Below are positions 47,052 to 57,402 of a DNA stretch of 64,000 nt, one piece after another; position 1 is the first letter of the stretch, and each line of letters starts with the position of its first letter. Both the position numbers and the translations under genes were made by a program. The notes below the pieces were generated by a model. It was not told where the DNA came from. It made no database searches and worked only from the letters and a program-made list of their open reading frames with translations. The stretch comes from an uncultured virus (IMG/VR IMGVR_UViG_3300025174_000006). Its lineage: Duplodnaviria; Heunggongvirae; Uroviricota; Caudoviricetes. The stretch lies in IMG/VR virus record IMGVR_UViG_3300025174_000006. The stretch is one strand, 5' to 3'.

Positions 47052-47623
47052 TAATTTGAGTTATTATTTTTTTCTGCTTCTATTTTTCTTTTTTTTCTCA
47101 TTTGATATTGTTCACGATACTTCTTTTTAAGTTGTGGTTTTGTTAGTGGCTTTCTACCGGCACCCTTTGGTCGACCTCCTTTATTTGGAGTAGGTTCGAT
47201 TACTTTAGTGGCATCTGAAACTTCCGGAGCTTCTTCGATTTTAGAAATGGGTTCAGTAACTATAAATTTAATTGAAGTACCTTCATTTTCAAGTTTGGGC
47301 TCTTTATATGGAAAATCATATATTGAGACATCTTCTTTTTGTGGTTTTGAAGTTTGTTCAAATATATCAAGAGCTTGTTCATTGACTGGGACAATAGGAT
47401 ATACTTGATACGAAATCATTCCAAATGGAACAGAAAAATTTTCTATGCTTTCAATATTCCCTTTTTTCCTTTGAATAATGATAGATTTTGTTTCTGTTCC
47501 AATATCATCAACGAGAATGCAGTTTCCATGAAATAATTCTACAGTTATGCTTTGGCTGTCTGTTTTCATAACAGATACATTTACTTTAATCCCCATTGGA
47601 GATATGTTTTTTATTAGTTTCAT
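47051..47623 (-). CDS. Hypothetical protein with AT-hook-like basic tail
   Basis: GGRPKGAGRKP. Confidence 0.55.
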   Translation of the reverse strand: MKLIKNISPMGIKVNVSVMKTDSQSITVELFHGNCILVDDIGTETKSIIIQRKKGNIESIENFSVPFGMISYQVYPIVPVNEQALDIFEQTSKPQKEDVSIYDFPYKEPKLENEGTSIKFIVTEPISKIEEAPEVSDATKVIEPTPNKGGRPKGAGRKPLTKPQLKKKYREQYQMRKKRKIEAEKNNNSN

Positions 47624-47722
47624 TTGTAATTGATTTTATTATACAAACATAACTAATTTAAAACAAAAAAGAAAGGCTCGCGATAAAAATTATGCGAACC
47701 TTTCTAATACAAAAAAATATTA

Positions 47723-49501
47723 TTATTTAATATTCGGATTTGGAACAAAAACCTTTGAATTCAAATCTAAAATGTATTTCTTATTCTCATTCAAAAAGTC
47801 TTTTTTATAGAATTTATACTCTAATTCAAATAAAGAGCCTGGTTTTTTCACGATTACAGTCTCTTCTGAATTGCTATTTATTTCCTTTACGTGTTCTTTG
47901 ATAACTTTTATCGGCTCTTTGCATGGTTTTGAAGGAATAATTGGCTTACTTGTATAATCACATTCATTTAAGAATTCATTAAGTTCTTCGTTCTCAACTA
48001 TTGATTCATTAAGTTTGAAGCTTGTTAATTTTTTCCATCTTTCTTTTAAATATTCATCTGATGTTTTTTCTGTAACTAAGTATCTTTTATTTATTCCTTT
48101 TGCTTCATTTTCAGAAGTGGAGAACATTTTCTTTTTAGTTAAATCCAATCTTGCTTTTGGAGATTCGACAGATTCATTTTTTATACCATGTTTTTTTAAA
48201 CCTTTTGAGGCAAATTCTAATTCTTCCGGACTATTAACTTTGATTCCATCCATTCCAGGTGCTCCAATGATGTGGTTGTGTTTTAAGTTGTCTAAGTTTT
48301 TTTGAGGAACTGTTGTCCAAAAATTATCACCTTCATTCATAGAAACAATTTTATATCCTTCTGCTATTTTGGGTCTCTTATTTGCTTTTTGTTTACCATA
48401 TGCAGTTTCTTTTACTGTTTTTTTAAATGCATTAGGCGTAAGATAAGCGCCAGCTCCTGCACCACTTGGTCCGGAAGCTGTAACTCCTGCTCCAGCGCCA
48501 CCTTCTTCATTAAGTTCCTCTGCTTTTTCTGTTTTAGAAACATGAATTTTATCTATATGATTGAAAAGATCTTTTTTCTCAATAGGAGTAAGAGATTTAA
48601 AATCAGATGTTCCAAATTTCTTTTTCATTTGACTCTTCACTAAATCAATATATTCTTCTTTTCCCATTGCGCTATTTTCAGCTCTTTCATTTAATTCTTT
48701 TTCATTTTTATCAAATAAAAGAGACTTCCCTTTTTCAGCTTTTTTATCGATTTTATCATAAGGACTTACTTTTGATAAAGGTTTAGTATTAGCATCTTTT
48801 ATTGGTTTTATATTTTTTTCTTCTTTTTTTGATTCATTTATTGAGCCAAATAATTCTTCCGAAGAGGAAAATATGCTTTTAAGTGTTAGTTTTTTCATTG
48901 ATTGTTTATTTTCATTAACGATAGATGTTGTGCTTTTGTCAGTTTTATCTTCAACTCCAAGCTTAGTGTTTGATAGATAACCTACTTCTTTTTTTGCAGC
49001 TTCTGAAAAAAGTTCTTTCATAGCTTTTTGTAATTCTGCTTTTTTAGAAGCGTCAGCAGAAATTGATTTAATAAAAGCATAAGCTGTTGTACTTTTACCT
49101 GAATATTTATTAGAATCTACTCCTCTAAAAAATCCAGCTTCTGTAGTTCTGTATTCAACATTAACCGTTTTGCCATTAAATTCGAAATTGATATCAGACT
49201 GAACTCTTTTTACACCAAGTATTACTTGCTTTTCTAAGCTTGATTTAGTTTTACCAGCAATTTTTATACTGAATTTGTTTTGTTCAGTGCCGGTACCATA
49301 AGCTTTTCCAGTTCCGTAAAATCCAGCTTTCTTTTCATTTTTTTCAAATCCCATTTTGGAAAACGCATCTTCTGTTGTAGATTCAAGCAATTCTTTTGCA
49401 AGCTCTATAACACTTTCTTTTATTTCGACTCCCTGTTGAAAATCGTCAGTTCTTTTAACTTCTGGATTCGTAGAGGGTTCTTTATCTTTTGGATTAGCCA
49501 T
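47723..49501 (-). CDS. Large acidic/basic late protein
   Basis: 592-aa ORF, TATTTAT upstream, many xNE linkers, GAGAYLTPNAF. Confidence 0.7.
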   Translation of the reverse strand: MANPKDKEPSTNPEVKRTDDFQQGVEIKESVIELAKELLESTTEDAFSKMGFEKNEKKAGFYGTGKAYGTGTEQNKFSIKIAGKTKSSLEKQVILGVKRVQSDINFEFNGKTVNVEYRTTEAGFFRGVDSNKYSGKSTTAYAFIKSISADASKKAELQKAMKELFSEAAKKEVGYLSNTKLGVEDKTDKSTTSIVNENKQSMKKLTLKSIFSSSEELFGSINESKKEEKNIKPIKDANTKPLSKVSPYDKIDKKAEKGKSLLFDKNEKELNERAENSAMGKEEYIDLVKSQMKKKFGTSDFKSLTPIEKKDLFNHIDKIHVSKTEKAEELNEEGGAGAGVTASGPSGAGAGAYLTPNAFKKTVKETAYGKQKANKRPKIAEGYKIVSMNEGDNFWTTVPQKNLDNLKHNHIIGAPGMDGIKVNSPEELEFASKGLKKHGIKNESVESPKARLDLTKKKMFSTSENEAKGINKRYLVTEKTSDEYLKERWKKLTSFKLNESIVENEELNEFLNECDYTSKPIIPSKPCKEPIKVIKEHVKEINSNSEETVIVKKPGSLFELEYKFYKKDFLNENKKYILDLNSKVFVPNPNIK

Positions 49502-49594
49502 TTTTAATACTTCTTTGTTAATAAATAGCAGAAAAATTGGAAAAGCTGTAATGTTCTGAAAACAAAAAATCCAGCAACATTGCTGGATTAATTA

Positions 49595-49858
49595 TTAAAT
49601 TAAATTTTTGCTTTTCCAAACCTCCCAAATATCTCTTTCTATGTCTGGAATACCAGGATTATCAAGATATAACTTACCTTTATAAAGATAACCTTTGAAT
49701 CTTTTTTTTGTTACAGATGATTCTAAAATGCCAAATCTATCTTTTTTATTAAAAGTTACAGTATCAAAAATCTTTTTAGCATTTAACCAAAATTTATAAT
49801 TCCATATTGCATTTAAAATATAAAATCGCAGAGTAGAATATTTCCAGTTATTAACCAT
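49595..49858 (-). CDS. Hypothetical protein
   Basis: 87-aa ORF. Confidence 0.5.
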   Translation of the reverse strand: MVNNWKYSTLRFYILNAIWNYKFWLNAKKIFDTVTFNKKDRFGILESSVTKKRFKGYLYKGKLYLDNPGIPDIERDIWEVWKSKNLI

Positions 49859-49861
49859 ATA

Positions 49862-50101
49862 CTAAAAAGGTAAAATTAAAGATATTGAACTACATATTAA
49901 TAAAATACAAAATGCAGATAATAAAATCATTAAAGAAACAGAACTGAATGCCATTGCTCCAATCATAAATTTTTCAATTAAAGAACCAGATTCAGACTCT
50001 TGAGACTTTGTGAATTTTTTATATTCCTTTATTATAAAATAAGATACATATCCAAACGCTATACTTAATAGCGCTAAGAATATTTTAAGAATTATTATCA
50101 T
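49862..50101 (-). CDS. Small 2-TM membrane protein
   Basis: Two hydrophobic helices. Confidence 0.55.
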   Translation of the reverse strand: MIIILKIFLALLSIAFGYVSYFIIKEYKKFTKSQESESGSLIEKFMIGAMAFSSVSLMILLSAFCILLICSSISLILPF

Positions 50102-50408
50102 GGTTTTCTAAATTATTGTTTTCTTTTATTTGAGAAAATTGCTCTTGTAGTGCTGCTGTTATTTCGCCAACTTGTTTAGTAAATTGGTCTGGTTTTTCGT
50201 TCCCATTCTTTATAATTGTTAACGTTTCTATCGTTGATTCAATTTTAGAAAGTTCAGTAAAAAGATCAACAGCTTGATTAACAATACCGGATACTCCACT
50301 ATCTGAAATATTTTTATTTAAAACCAAATCAAGTTGAGCCAAAACATTATCTCTTTGTGAATAAAGTTTTGACTCCACGGCTTTTAAAATTAAATTTTCT
50401 TTTTCCAT
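50085..50408 (-). CDS. Hypothetical coiled-coil protein
   Basis: 107-aa ORF. Confidence 0.55.
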   Translation of the reverse strand: MEKENLILKAVESKLYSQRDNVLAQLDLVLNKNISDSGVSGIVNQAVDLFTELSKIESTIETLTIIKNGNEKPDQFTKQVGEITAALQEQFSQIKENNNLENHDNNS

Positions 50409-50414
50409 TGTATT

Positions 50415-50984
50415 TTACATATCTTCTAATTCAACTTGCTTCTTTCCTTTTTTTACTTTGCCTTCTTTTGCAAGTTTTTTCTCTTCTTTTCTTTCTTCTA
50501 AGTTTCTTCTACAGGCCAAATCGACTATCTCAGATGTACTCATTACTTTATCTGCTCCAAAGAAACGCATATTTGATTTGTATTCTTTTGAGTCCGGTGG
50601 GTTTTTACCAACTTTTTGTTTTTCCATATCACCCATGTCAATACCACAAAGAGCTTTGTCAAGCATAATTATTTTTTGTTCAGGAGTAATGTCCTTCCAC
50701 ACATCATAAAATACAGTTAAAATGAAGTCATAGGTATCATTAATCATTTTGTCCATATCATTTCTTTTGAAAAGATCAAACAATGAATAACTGCTTCCAT
50801 CTTTTTTGGGTTTATCCGAATATAAGAATTTAATCCTATTTGGCTCGATGTACTCGTTGTGTTGTGTAGTTTTTTTGATATGATTAGCTATAAATAGCAT
50901 CTCATCATCAGCATCTTCAAATTTTTCAATACTTTGAAAAACGGGGGTAGCATTTTTCAGCTTTAATTCTAATTCTTTGTCCAT
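50415..50984 (-). CDS. Phage metallopeptidase-like fold, HExxH apparently lost
   Basis: RIKFLY, YDFILTV....W......Q....LDKALCGI at the HEL.H position. Confidence 0.55.
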   Translation of the reverse strand: MDKELELKLKNATPVFQSIEKFEDADDEMLFIANHIKKTTQHNEYIEPNRIKFLYSDKPKKDGSSYSLFDLFKRNDMDKMINDTYDFILTVFYDVWKDITPEQKIIMLDKALCGIDMGDMEKQKVGKNPPDSKEYKSNMRFFGADKVMSTSEIVDLACRRNLEERKEEKKLAKEGKVKKGKKQVELEDM

Positions 50985-51049
50985 TGGATAATTTTTTATT
51001 TGTTTAGGTTACAAATATAATTAGCGCAAACGAGAAAATCAAATTTTTT

Positions 51050-53560
51050 TTATCTTTTAATTCTTGTGTTGAGAGGATTCATCAAAGTTTTTGTGTCAAC
51101 TCCATCCTCAGGGTTTCTTATTTTTTTTTTGGTTTGATTTGAACTTTCTTGTGATTTTAATTGCTGTCTTACCCAATTTCTTCCAGCATTTCCGCCCCAA
51201 AGATTCCATTTTTGAATTAAAGGTGAATTATTGATGTTTTTTCCAGCAGCAAGCTCTTGATTAACAGCCTGCTCATTGTTTGTAAAAAAAGCCTCCATTC
51301 TCTTTAATTGAGCATGCGTCATAAGCTCTGCATTAGATAAAGAATTGGCTTTTTGAATGCCGGAGCCTTCATTCGAGGCATCTGATTGAACAAGTTTATT
51401 ATTTTGAACAGCTTGTAGTGCTTGTTGAGCCGTTTTAATAACATCACCAGATGGTTTAAATGTAGCTACTGTATTATCATTAGTGTCTGAATAACGAAAA
51501 TTTCCACCTTCAAATAGGATTTTCCTAATAGTTGCTCTTACTTTTTCTTCAAATAAACTTTTCATAGTAACATAATGTGCTAAATTTTCAAATGGAATAA
51601 AACCTTCCTTAACTCCTTTTTTTGTAAGTAATCTAATTTTAAATTTTCTGTTATGTATATTAGTCTCTAAAACTTCTATAAAATCACCATCTGGCATTTT
51701 AACAGAATTTCTTTCGCCATTTTTACTTATAAATCCTAAATTTCTCAATATACGTCCTGCTTCTTCTGAGTTTTGCACAACTTCTGGAGTTGTTTGAAGT
51801 TGTTCCAAATCTTCTTCTAATAACCTCTCTATTTCTTCTTGCATATAGGATAAATCTTTTGGTTTCGGCCATATATTTTGCCAAGCATCATCTAATCCAT
51901 ATCCATGTGCTCCTGTAATTTTATTTACATCAGAATCTTTTAAATCTTCAAAATCTTCAATAACATCATTTGAATTAAAGTTTTTTTCAGCAATGTATCT
52001 TAAAAGTTTTGTCCAAGGAAAAGTAATAACATCAGTATTAAAATCTATTTTAAATCTTTGTTCTTTCCTTATCATTTTATCCCTTACTTTTGCAAATTCA
52101 TCTGATTTTTTTTCATAAATTTCAGATATATATATTCTTTTTATATCTTCTGAATTTGGAAGAAATTCATTAATAAAATCCCAAATGCCTTCACCGTTAT
52201 TACTTTCTTCGTCTATTGGTGTTTTTAAAAAATTTGATATTGTTTTTAATAATTTTTCATTTTGTTTTCCGAGCATATGGTAAGACATTTGTTTTTCTTC
52301 TCTACTTTCCCCTTCTTCTACTGCATAATGATTTTCAACATAATAAAATGCACTTTCATCCTCATCTGAAAAACCTGCCCAATCTCTCCAATCATCACCA
52401 ATATAAAGTTGAATTTCTTTATTATTAGCTTCAAAATTAGAATACATTTTTTTATCATTAAAATCACTGTATCCAAAAACGCTATGAGGCTCATCATAAC
52501 CTCTCATTACTGCTATTATTTTCTGCATAAACATTGGTAATGATTTTATCTCTGCAGATTTTATTTTATAACCATTTGCTAATTTTGCTATAGGAGATAA
52601 ATTTTTTATTTCTTCATCAGTTAAAGGAATTTTGTGTTTTAATTTTAAATCAGGAGACATTTCTTTTATCTCTTCATCAGTTAAAGGAATTTTGAATTTT
52701 AATTTAGATTCAACAGGAATAGACATTAATTGCTCTTGATTTATGTCGATACCTAATAAATATCTATTTAATGGTAATATTTTTATGTTAAACAATGAAG
52801 AAATAAGCTTTTTAAAATCGGGATACATTTTAATAGTTTGATTAATAGTATTATTGTGACCAAAATCAATATTTAATATTTCGCCCAATTTAGATATTAA
52901 ATCAGCAGATTTCATTGCTGAATTTTTATCTGGAACTTTATTAAAAGCACCTTGAAAATCGATTAATTCTTTTTTTGCTTTATCAAATTGAATAGCAATT
53001 TTCACAGAACCATCTTTATTAACAAGCATATAACCACCTTTACTTTTAACAAATTCTTTAGCTCTACCAATTTCAGAAAAACACCAACCCCTTTCTTCTC
53101 CCACTTTCATACAAAAGTTTTTATCTTTAACAATAATCCATTTAGAACCATCTGGATAATTTATTACTGCTTTTCCTCCAGATATTTCTTTTAAAGTTAG
53201 AGGGTCTATATTTTTACTTTCAAACCACTTAACTGCAGTTTCGTAAACTTTATCAAATGGCATATTTGATGGAAATTTTGGAAAATTAGATTGATTAATC
53301 CAATTTATTATAACTTTTAATCTTGCATCGTTTATAATTTTTTCATTCAATTTTAATTCAGAAGCAAACCAAGGTATGTATTGGTTTTGTTGAATCAAAT
53401 TTTCATCTTCAGGATTTTTTACTGTTTTTTTAGAAAACTGAATAACGGTATTAATTATATCTTCAGGAACCCTTTGAGAACGAAGTTTATCTATTCTATT
53501 CTCATTAAGTAAACCTGCGAGTGACATTAATTTTGCTATATATTTTTCAGATAAATTCAT
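51050..53560 (-). CDS. Large multidomain LAG-leader protein with a PcfJ-like segment and internal 20-aa repeat
   Basis: YPDG.KW, G...GWC, Q.G..N; KIPLTDEEIK..SP twice; C-terminal WNLWGG.AG..W domain. Confidence 0.7.
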   Translation of the reverse strand: MNLSEKYIAKLMSLAGLLNENRIDKLRSQRVPEDIINTVIQFSKKTVKNPEDENLIQQNQYIPWFASELKLNEKIINDARLKVIINWINQSNFPKFPSNMPFDKVYETAVKWFESKNIDPLTLKEISGGKAVINYPDGSKWIIVKDKNFCMKVGEERGWCFSEIGRAKEFVKSKGGYMLVNKDGSVKIAIQFDKAKKELIDFQGAFNKVPDKNSAMKSADLISKLGEILNIDFGHNNTINQTIKMYPDFKKLISSLFNIKILPLNRYLLGIDINQEQLMSIPVESKLKFKIPLTDEEIKEMSPDLKLKHKIPLTDEEIKNLSPIAKLANGYKIKSAEIKSLPMFMQKIIAVMRGYDEPHSVFGYSDFNDKKMYSNFEANNKEIQLYIGDDWRDWAGFSDEDESAFYYVENHYAVEEGESREEKQMSYHMLGKQNEKLLKTISNFLKTPIDEESNNGEGIWDFINEFLPNSEDIKRIYISEIYEKKSDEFAKVRDKMIRKEQRFKIDFNTDVITFPWTKLLRYIAEKNFNSNDVIEDFEDLKDSDVNKITGAHGYGLDDAWQNIWPKPKDLSYMQEEIERLLEEDLEQLQTTPEVVQNSEEAGRILRNLGFISKNGERNSVKMPDGDFIEVLETNIHNRKFKIRLLTKKGVKEGFIPFENLAHYVTMKSLFEEKVRATIRKILFEGGNFRYSDTNDNTVATFKPSGDVIKTAQQALQAVQNNKLVQSDASNEGSGIQKANSLSNAELMTHAQLKRMEAFFTNNEQAVNQELAAGKNINNSPLIQKWNLWGGNAGRNWVRQQLKSQESSNQTKKKIRNPEDGVDTKTLMNPLNTRIKR

Positions 53561-53574
53561 AGATAGTTAAATGA

Positions 53575-54033
53575 TTAATCGTTAACCATCTTTTTTAACA
53601 TTGTTTTTATGTCTAATGGTTGCCTTGAATTAAAACCCATATTATTTAAATTCCAATTAATTTCTTCATAAAATCCTAAATTATTAATAGGTGCACCTGA
53701 ATCAATTGCTCTTTTTATGGCTAAACTTAAAGCCTCATTAGATTGAAGATAAGTATAATTTGGATTATACATTTTTACATTTTGTTCCGTGGTACTTGGC
53801 ATGAATGTATTTACAGTCACCCCATTACTTGCATTATTAAGATTGGTTGCATTTTTTTGAGGATTTGTAATCCACTCATCTATTCTTGCAATCTCCTTAA
53901 GTCTGCCTGCTTCTTTTAAAATAGCACTTTTATCCACCTTATTTTCAGTGGTTTCTTTTAAAATCTCGTTTTTTTCTTCAAAAGACTTAACGAGTTTTTT
54001 CATCCTATCTTTTTCGCTTGTATTTTTGTTCAT
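53575..54033 (-). CDS. Hypothetical late protein
   Basis: 152-aa ORF, E..RMK.L motif. Confidence 0.6.
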   Translation of the reverse strand: MNKNTSEKDRMKKLVKSFEEKNEILKETTENKVDKSAILKEAGRLKEIARIDEWITNPQKNATNLNNASNGVTVNTFMPSTTEQNVKMYNPNYTYLQSNEALSLAIKRAIDSGAPINNLGFYEEINWNLNNMGFNSRQPLDIKTMLKKMVND

Positions 54034-54051
54034 TTTTTATGATTTTTATAA

Positions 54052-54540
54052 TTACCAACTTACGAATCCACTTATCGCTCCAGTATTAAAATTATCCCAT
54101 CCTTTTGTTCTTGATTGATAATCTGATGTCGAATCTTTAGTAGATAACCCTATCATTCTGTCTGAATTTTTTGGCATGTCTTCATCTCCTATCAGCCCAT
54201 TATATTCATCTACTATTTCTGACATAACTTTATTTACTGATTGCTGGTGATGTTTTAAAAACCAAACCACAAAACCATATGTTGGATTTTCATCATCTTC
54301 TTGGCTTGTTCTTAGCCATTTAAAAAAGTTAATAGATTTTGTTTTAAATTGTGCATTTCTATTATCTTTTGTAGTGAAATCAATAATTATCACACCCTTC
54401 TCTGGTTTAATTTGTACATTAGAAACAGAACTAATATTATCAGGTGAAAATTTAGGTATTTCATTTCCTGTATCTTCTGATTCTAAAATTATATTTGAAA
54501 GCCAGGATTTAACACTAAGTTTCTTATTAAGTTTTTTCAT
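54052..54540 (-). CDS. Hypothetical late protein
   Basis: 162-aa ORF. Confidence 0.6.
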   Translation of the reverse strand: MKKLNKKLSVKSWLSNIILESEDTGNEIPKFSPDNISSVSNVQIKPEKGVIIIDFTTKDNRNAQFKTKSINFFKWLRTSQEDDENPTYGFVVWFLKHHQQSVNKVMSEIVDEYNGLIGDEDMPKNSDRMIGLSTKDSTSDYQSRTKGWDNFNTGAISGFVSW

Positions 54541-54588
54541 TACAAACTACGATTTAAGATTAAATAGTCTGTAATAACTTAAAAATGT

Positions 54589-55059
54589 TTAAAACTTCTT
54601 CATATAATATTGAATATTGGGAGCTATTTTAAGATCAAAAAGAGGAGCATTGGAAATTGTTAATGTTTTTTCAAATTCAGGAATTGATTCTTTAATGTCT
54701 TTTTTGATTGTTTTCCATCTTTCTACTACGAATTTTCCAAAATCAGATACAGAAATATTGTTTTTTATCAAAGTTATTTGTTTTTCCTTATCTGGCATGT
54801 TATACTGAACACATTCATCGGTATTTGAATCAAAAACTGTTACAAAACTTTCTCCAGACATAAATTTTTGTTTTAATTTAATTTTTGATTTAAATGTTAT
54901 AAGTTGTTTAGTGTCTGTTGTTCTATCAAATCTTATTAAAGTTTTATCTTTTATTATAAAATAAGAAATTACTTTATCAGCCTTATTAAGTTCTATATAA
55001 TTGTAAAGTTCGTTTTGCTGATTGTATTTGAAAATATATTTATTATTATTTTTTGGCAT
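54589..55059 (-). CDS. Hypothetical protein
   Basis: Likely start MPKNN. Confidence 0.5.
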   Translation of the reverse strand: MPKNNNKYIFKYNQQNELYNYIELNKADKVISYFIIKDKTLIRFDRTTDTKQLITFKSKIKLKQKFMSGESFVTVFDSNTDECVQYNMPDKEKQITLIKNNISVSDFGKFVVERWKTIKKDIKESIPEFEKTLTISNAPLFDLKIAPNIQYYMKKF

Positions 55060-55250
55060 ATATTTGGTATTTTTATAAAACAAACGAGTTTAGATGAGAT
55101 TGGAAATAGTTAATAATTATTTGTTCTGCTTTTCTAAGTTTTTTTAAAAAAATTATAATTGTGAATGCGAATTTAAAGTTCACAAGATGATTCTGATGAC
55201 ACTATAATTGATGTTTTACTTGATAAAATATATTTAGAACATAAGAATAA

Positions 55251-56207
55251 TTATTCCTTAAATATTTTAAAATATAGCTCTTCTATAGTTATGGAACATT
55301 TTTTATATTTCGAAGAATTTTTTCTCCATGTAATAAATTCAAGATTAGCAATATGCCCTATAACTTCAGGAGGAATATTGTTTCTGAAGCCCTCTGAAAT
55401 TGAATATTTATGATCTAAATGATAAGCTCCTTCAGTTCTATAATTTCCTCTTTTCTCATGATGAATAAGTGAACGTATTGGTTGTTTTTCTGTAATTGAT
55501 TTGACTTTTCTATAATATTTTTGTCTTTCAGATAATGTTTTTTCATATTCCTCATAATTTAATCCTGTACGTTTAACAAAATCACATTCTGGACATCCTT
55601 GTTCGTGTCCTGTGTGTGCAAGTGGAATTTGAAGGAAGTCACCATGTTCTTTACAGGTTATAAATCCTTTTGTGTGATTATTAATATATATAAAATTTAC
55701 ATATGTATATTTATTTTTATGAATTGCATTTGAATCGTTTACAAACTTTTCATGTGTACCTCTTTGAGAGTTGCCTTTTTTTATTATTCCACATTCTGGA
55801 CATCCTTGTTCTTGATTTAAATGAGCATCTGGAGTTTGTGAAAAACCTCCATGACTTGGACAAGTTATAATTCCTTTTGTGAAAGCATCAATATATATAA
55901 ATTTATCGTATATATAAAAAGAATCATGAACATCATTTCCTTCTTTAACAAATGTTTCTTTTGTTTTTCTACATCTATCTCCAACTAATTCATTTGCACA
56001 TTTTTTACATCCATGAATACTCAAATGATTTCTTGGTAGTTGAGAAAAATCTCCGTGTTTTTCACAAGTAATTATAATATGCGTATCCCAATTAACAAAT
56101 ATTGATTTAGGGTATGTATACAATTTATTATGAATATCATTTGCTCTTTCAATAAATGTTTCTGTTGTTATTTTTTCAATAACCAAACCGTTGTTATTCT
56201 TTAACAT
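55251..56207 (-). CDS. Homing endonuclease with three Zn-binding repeats and C-terminal HNH-like domain
   Basis: 3x I.C..HG.F.Q.P..H....GC..C; YHLDHKYSI..GF...I....IG...NL. Confidence 0.75.
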   Translation of the reverse strand: MLKNNNGLVIEKITTETFIERANDIHNKLYTYPKSIFVNWDTHIIITCEKHGDFSQLPRNHLSIHGCKKCANELVGDRCRKTKETFVKEGNDVHDSFYIYDKFIYIDAFTKGIITCPSHGGFSQTPDAHLNQEQGCPECGIIKKGNSQRGTHEKFVNDSNAIHKNKYTYVNFIYINNHTKGFITCKEHGDFLQIPLAHTGHEQGCPECDFVKRTGLNYEEYEKTLSERQKYYRKVKSITEKQPIRSLIHHEKRGNYRTEGAYHLDHKYSISEGFRNNIPPEVIGHIANLEFITWRKNSSKYKKCSITIEELYFKIFKE

Positions 56208-56358
56208 TTTTTATAAATTTTTTTTCAAGTATTTCACGTATGACTTCTGCTACGCTTATAAAGTTGTTTTTTTCAGAAGACCTTTTTATTGCTTCTCTTT
56301 TTAATTCTTCATGAAGCTCTTTTGACATTCTCATATTTAATTGAAAATTTTTTTTCAT
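56194..56358 (-). CDS. Ribbon-helix-helix protein
   Basis: LNMRMSKELHEELK.EA...SVAEVIREIL. Confidence 0.65.
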   Translation of the reverse strand: MKKNFQLNMRMSKELHEELKREAIKRSSEKNNFISVAEVIREILEKKFIKNVKE

Positions 56359-56481
56359 TGTTTTACAAGCTTTAGTGTTATACAAACATAAATAGTATAG
56401 AAAAAATGTAAACTCTTATTTAATTGTAATTAAGTGTTTATTTTTACTCATTAATTATTTATTTTTAAAAATAAAACAACA

Positions 56482-57399
56482 ATGCGTAAATTCAACATTA
56501 TCGGAGGCATGCCTAGATGTGGCACAACTTTAGCTGGACAAATTTTAAATTCTAATCCGAATTTTCATGTGACACCAACTTCTTCAATTTTGGATTCATT
56601 AAAGAATATAAGAAGCACATTTAGTCACAACCCAACTTGGAAGGCTCAAGATAGATTAAAGCTTATGCCAAATATTAGAGCTTCTATGAAGGGGTTTTTA
56701 AATGGATTTTTTGAAAATGAAAATGTTGTGTTTGACAAAAACAGAGGTTGGTCAAATAATATTTCTTTATTAGATGATGTTCTTGGAAATAATGACACAA
56801 AAATAATCTGGTTTTATAGAAATCCTGTTGAAATTATTTCTTCCATAGAAAGCCAACACAACAAGACAATACTTTTAGAAAACACTGATGAAGCTACTAT
56901 TCCAGGAATGTTTATGTCGCTCGACCGGCGCATAGGAACGTATACAAATGAAGATGGATTAGTTGGACACCCAGTTGCCACATTGAAAGACGCGATTGAG
57001 ATGGGATATCTTTCAAGAATTTTATTTGTAAAATACTATGATTTAACTAATAACACACAATTTGTTATGAACGCTATTCATCAATTTATAGGAGAAGATT
57101 TCTATGAATATGATTTAAAAAATGTTAAACAAACAACATATGAATTTGACGGGACTTATAATTATAAATTTCCACACACAATAAAAGAAGGAGAGATAAA
57201 ATGGAAAAAAGCAGATATGACTCTTCCTATGAAATATATACAAGCAATAAATGAAAGATTTTCCACTCTTAATAAATTAATTTTTGAAGGTGATGTATCT
57301 GAATTTGCTGGAGAAGAATTTTCTTCACATCAATTAAATATTGTTATGCCACCAACACAACAAAATTCGGTTATAGAACAAAATCCTTTTCAAATATAA
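56482..57399 (+). CDS. PAPS-dependent sulfotransferase family protein
   Basis: GGMPRCGTTL 5'-PSB loop, DKNR.W, RNPVEIISS 3'-PB motif, VKY.DL. Confidence 0.85.
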   Translation: MRKFNIIGGMPRCGTTLAGQILNSNPNFHVTPTSSILDSLKNIRSTFSHNPTWKAQDRLKLMPNIRASMKGFLNGFFENENVVFDKNRGWSNNISLLDDVLGNNDTKIIWFYRNPVEIISSIESQHNKTILLENTDEATIPGMFMSLDRRIGTYTNEDGLVGHPVATLKDAIEMGYLSRILFVKYYDLTNNTQFVMNAIHQFIGEDFYEYDLKNVKQTTYEFDGTYNYKFPHTIKEGEIKWKKADMTLPMKYIQAINERFSTLNKLIFEGDVSEFAGEEFSSHQLNIVMPPTQQNSVIEQNPFQI

Positions 57400-57402
57400 T
57401 GT

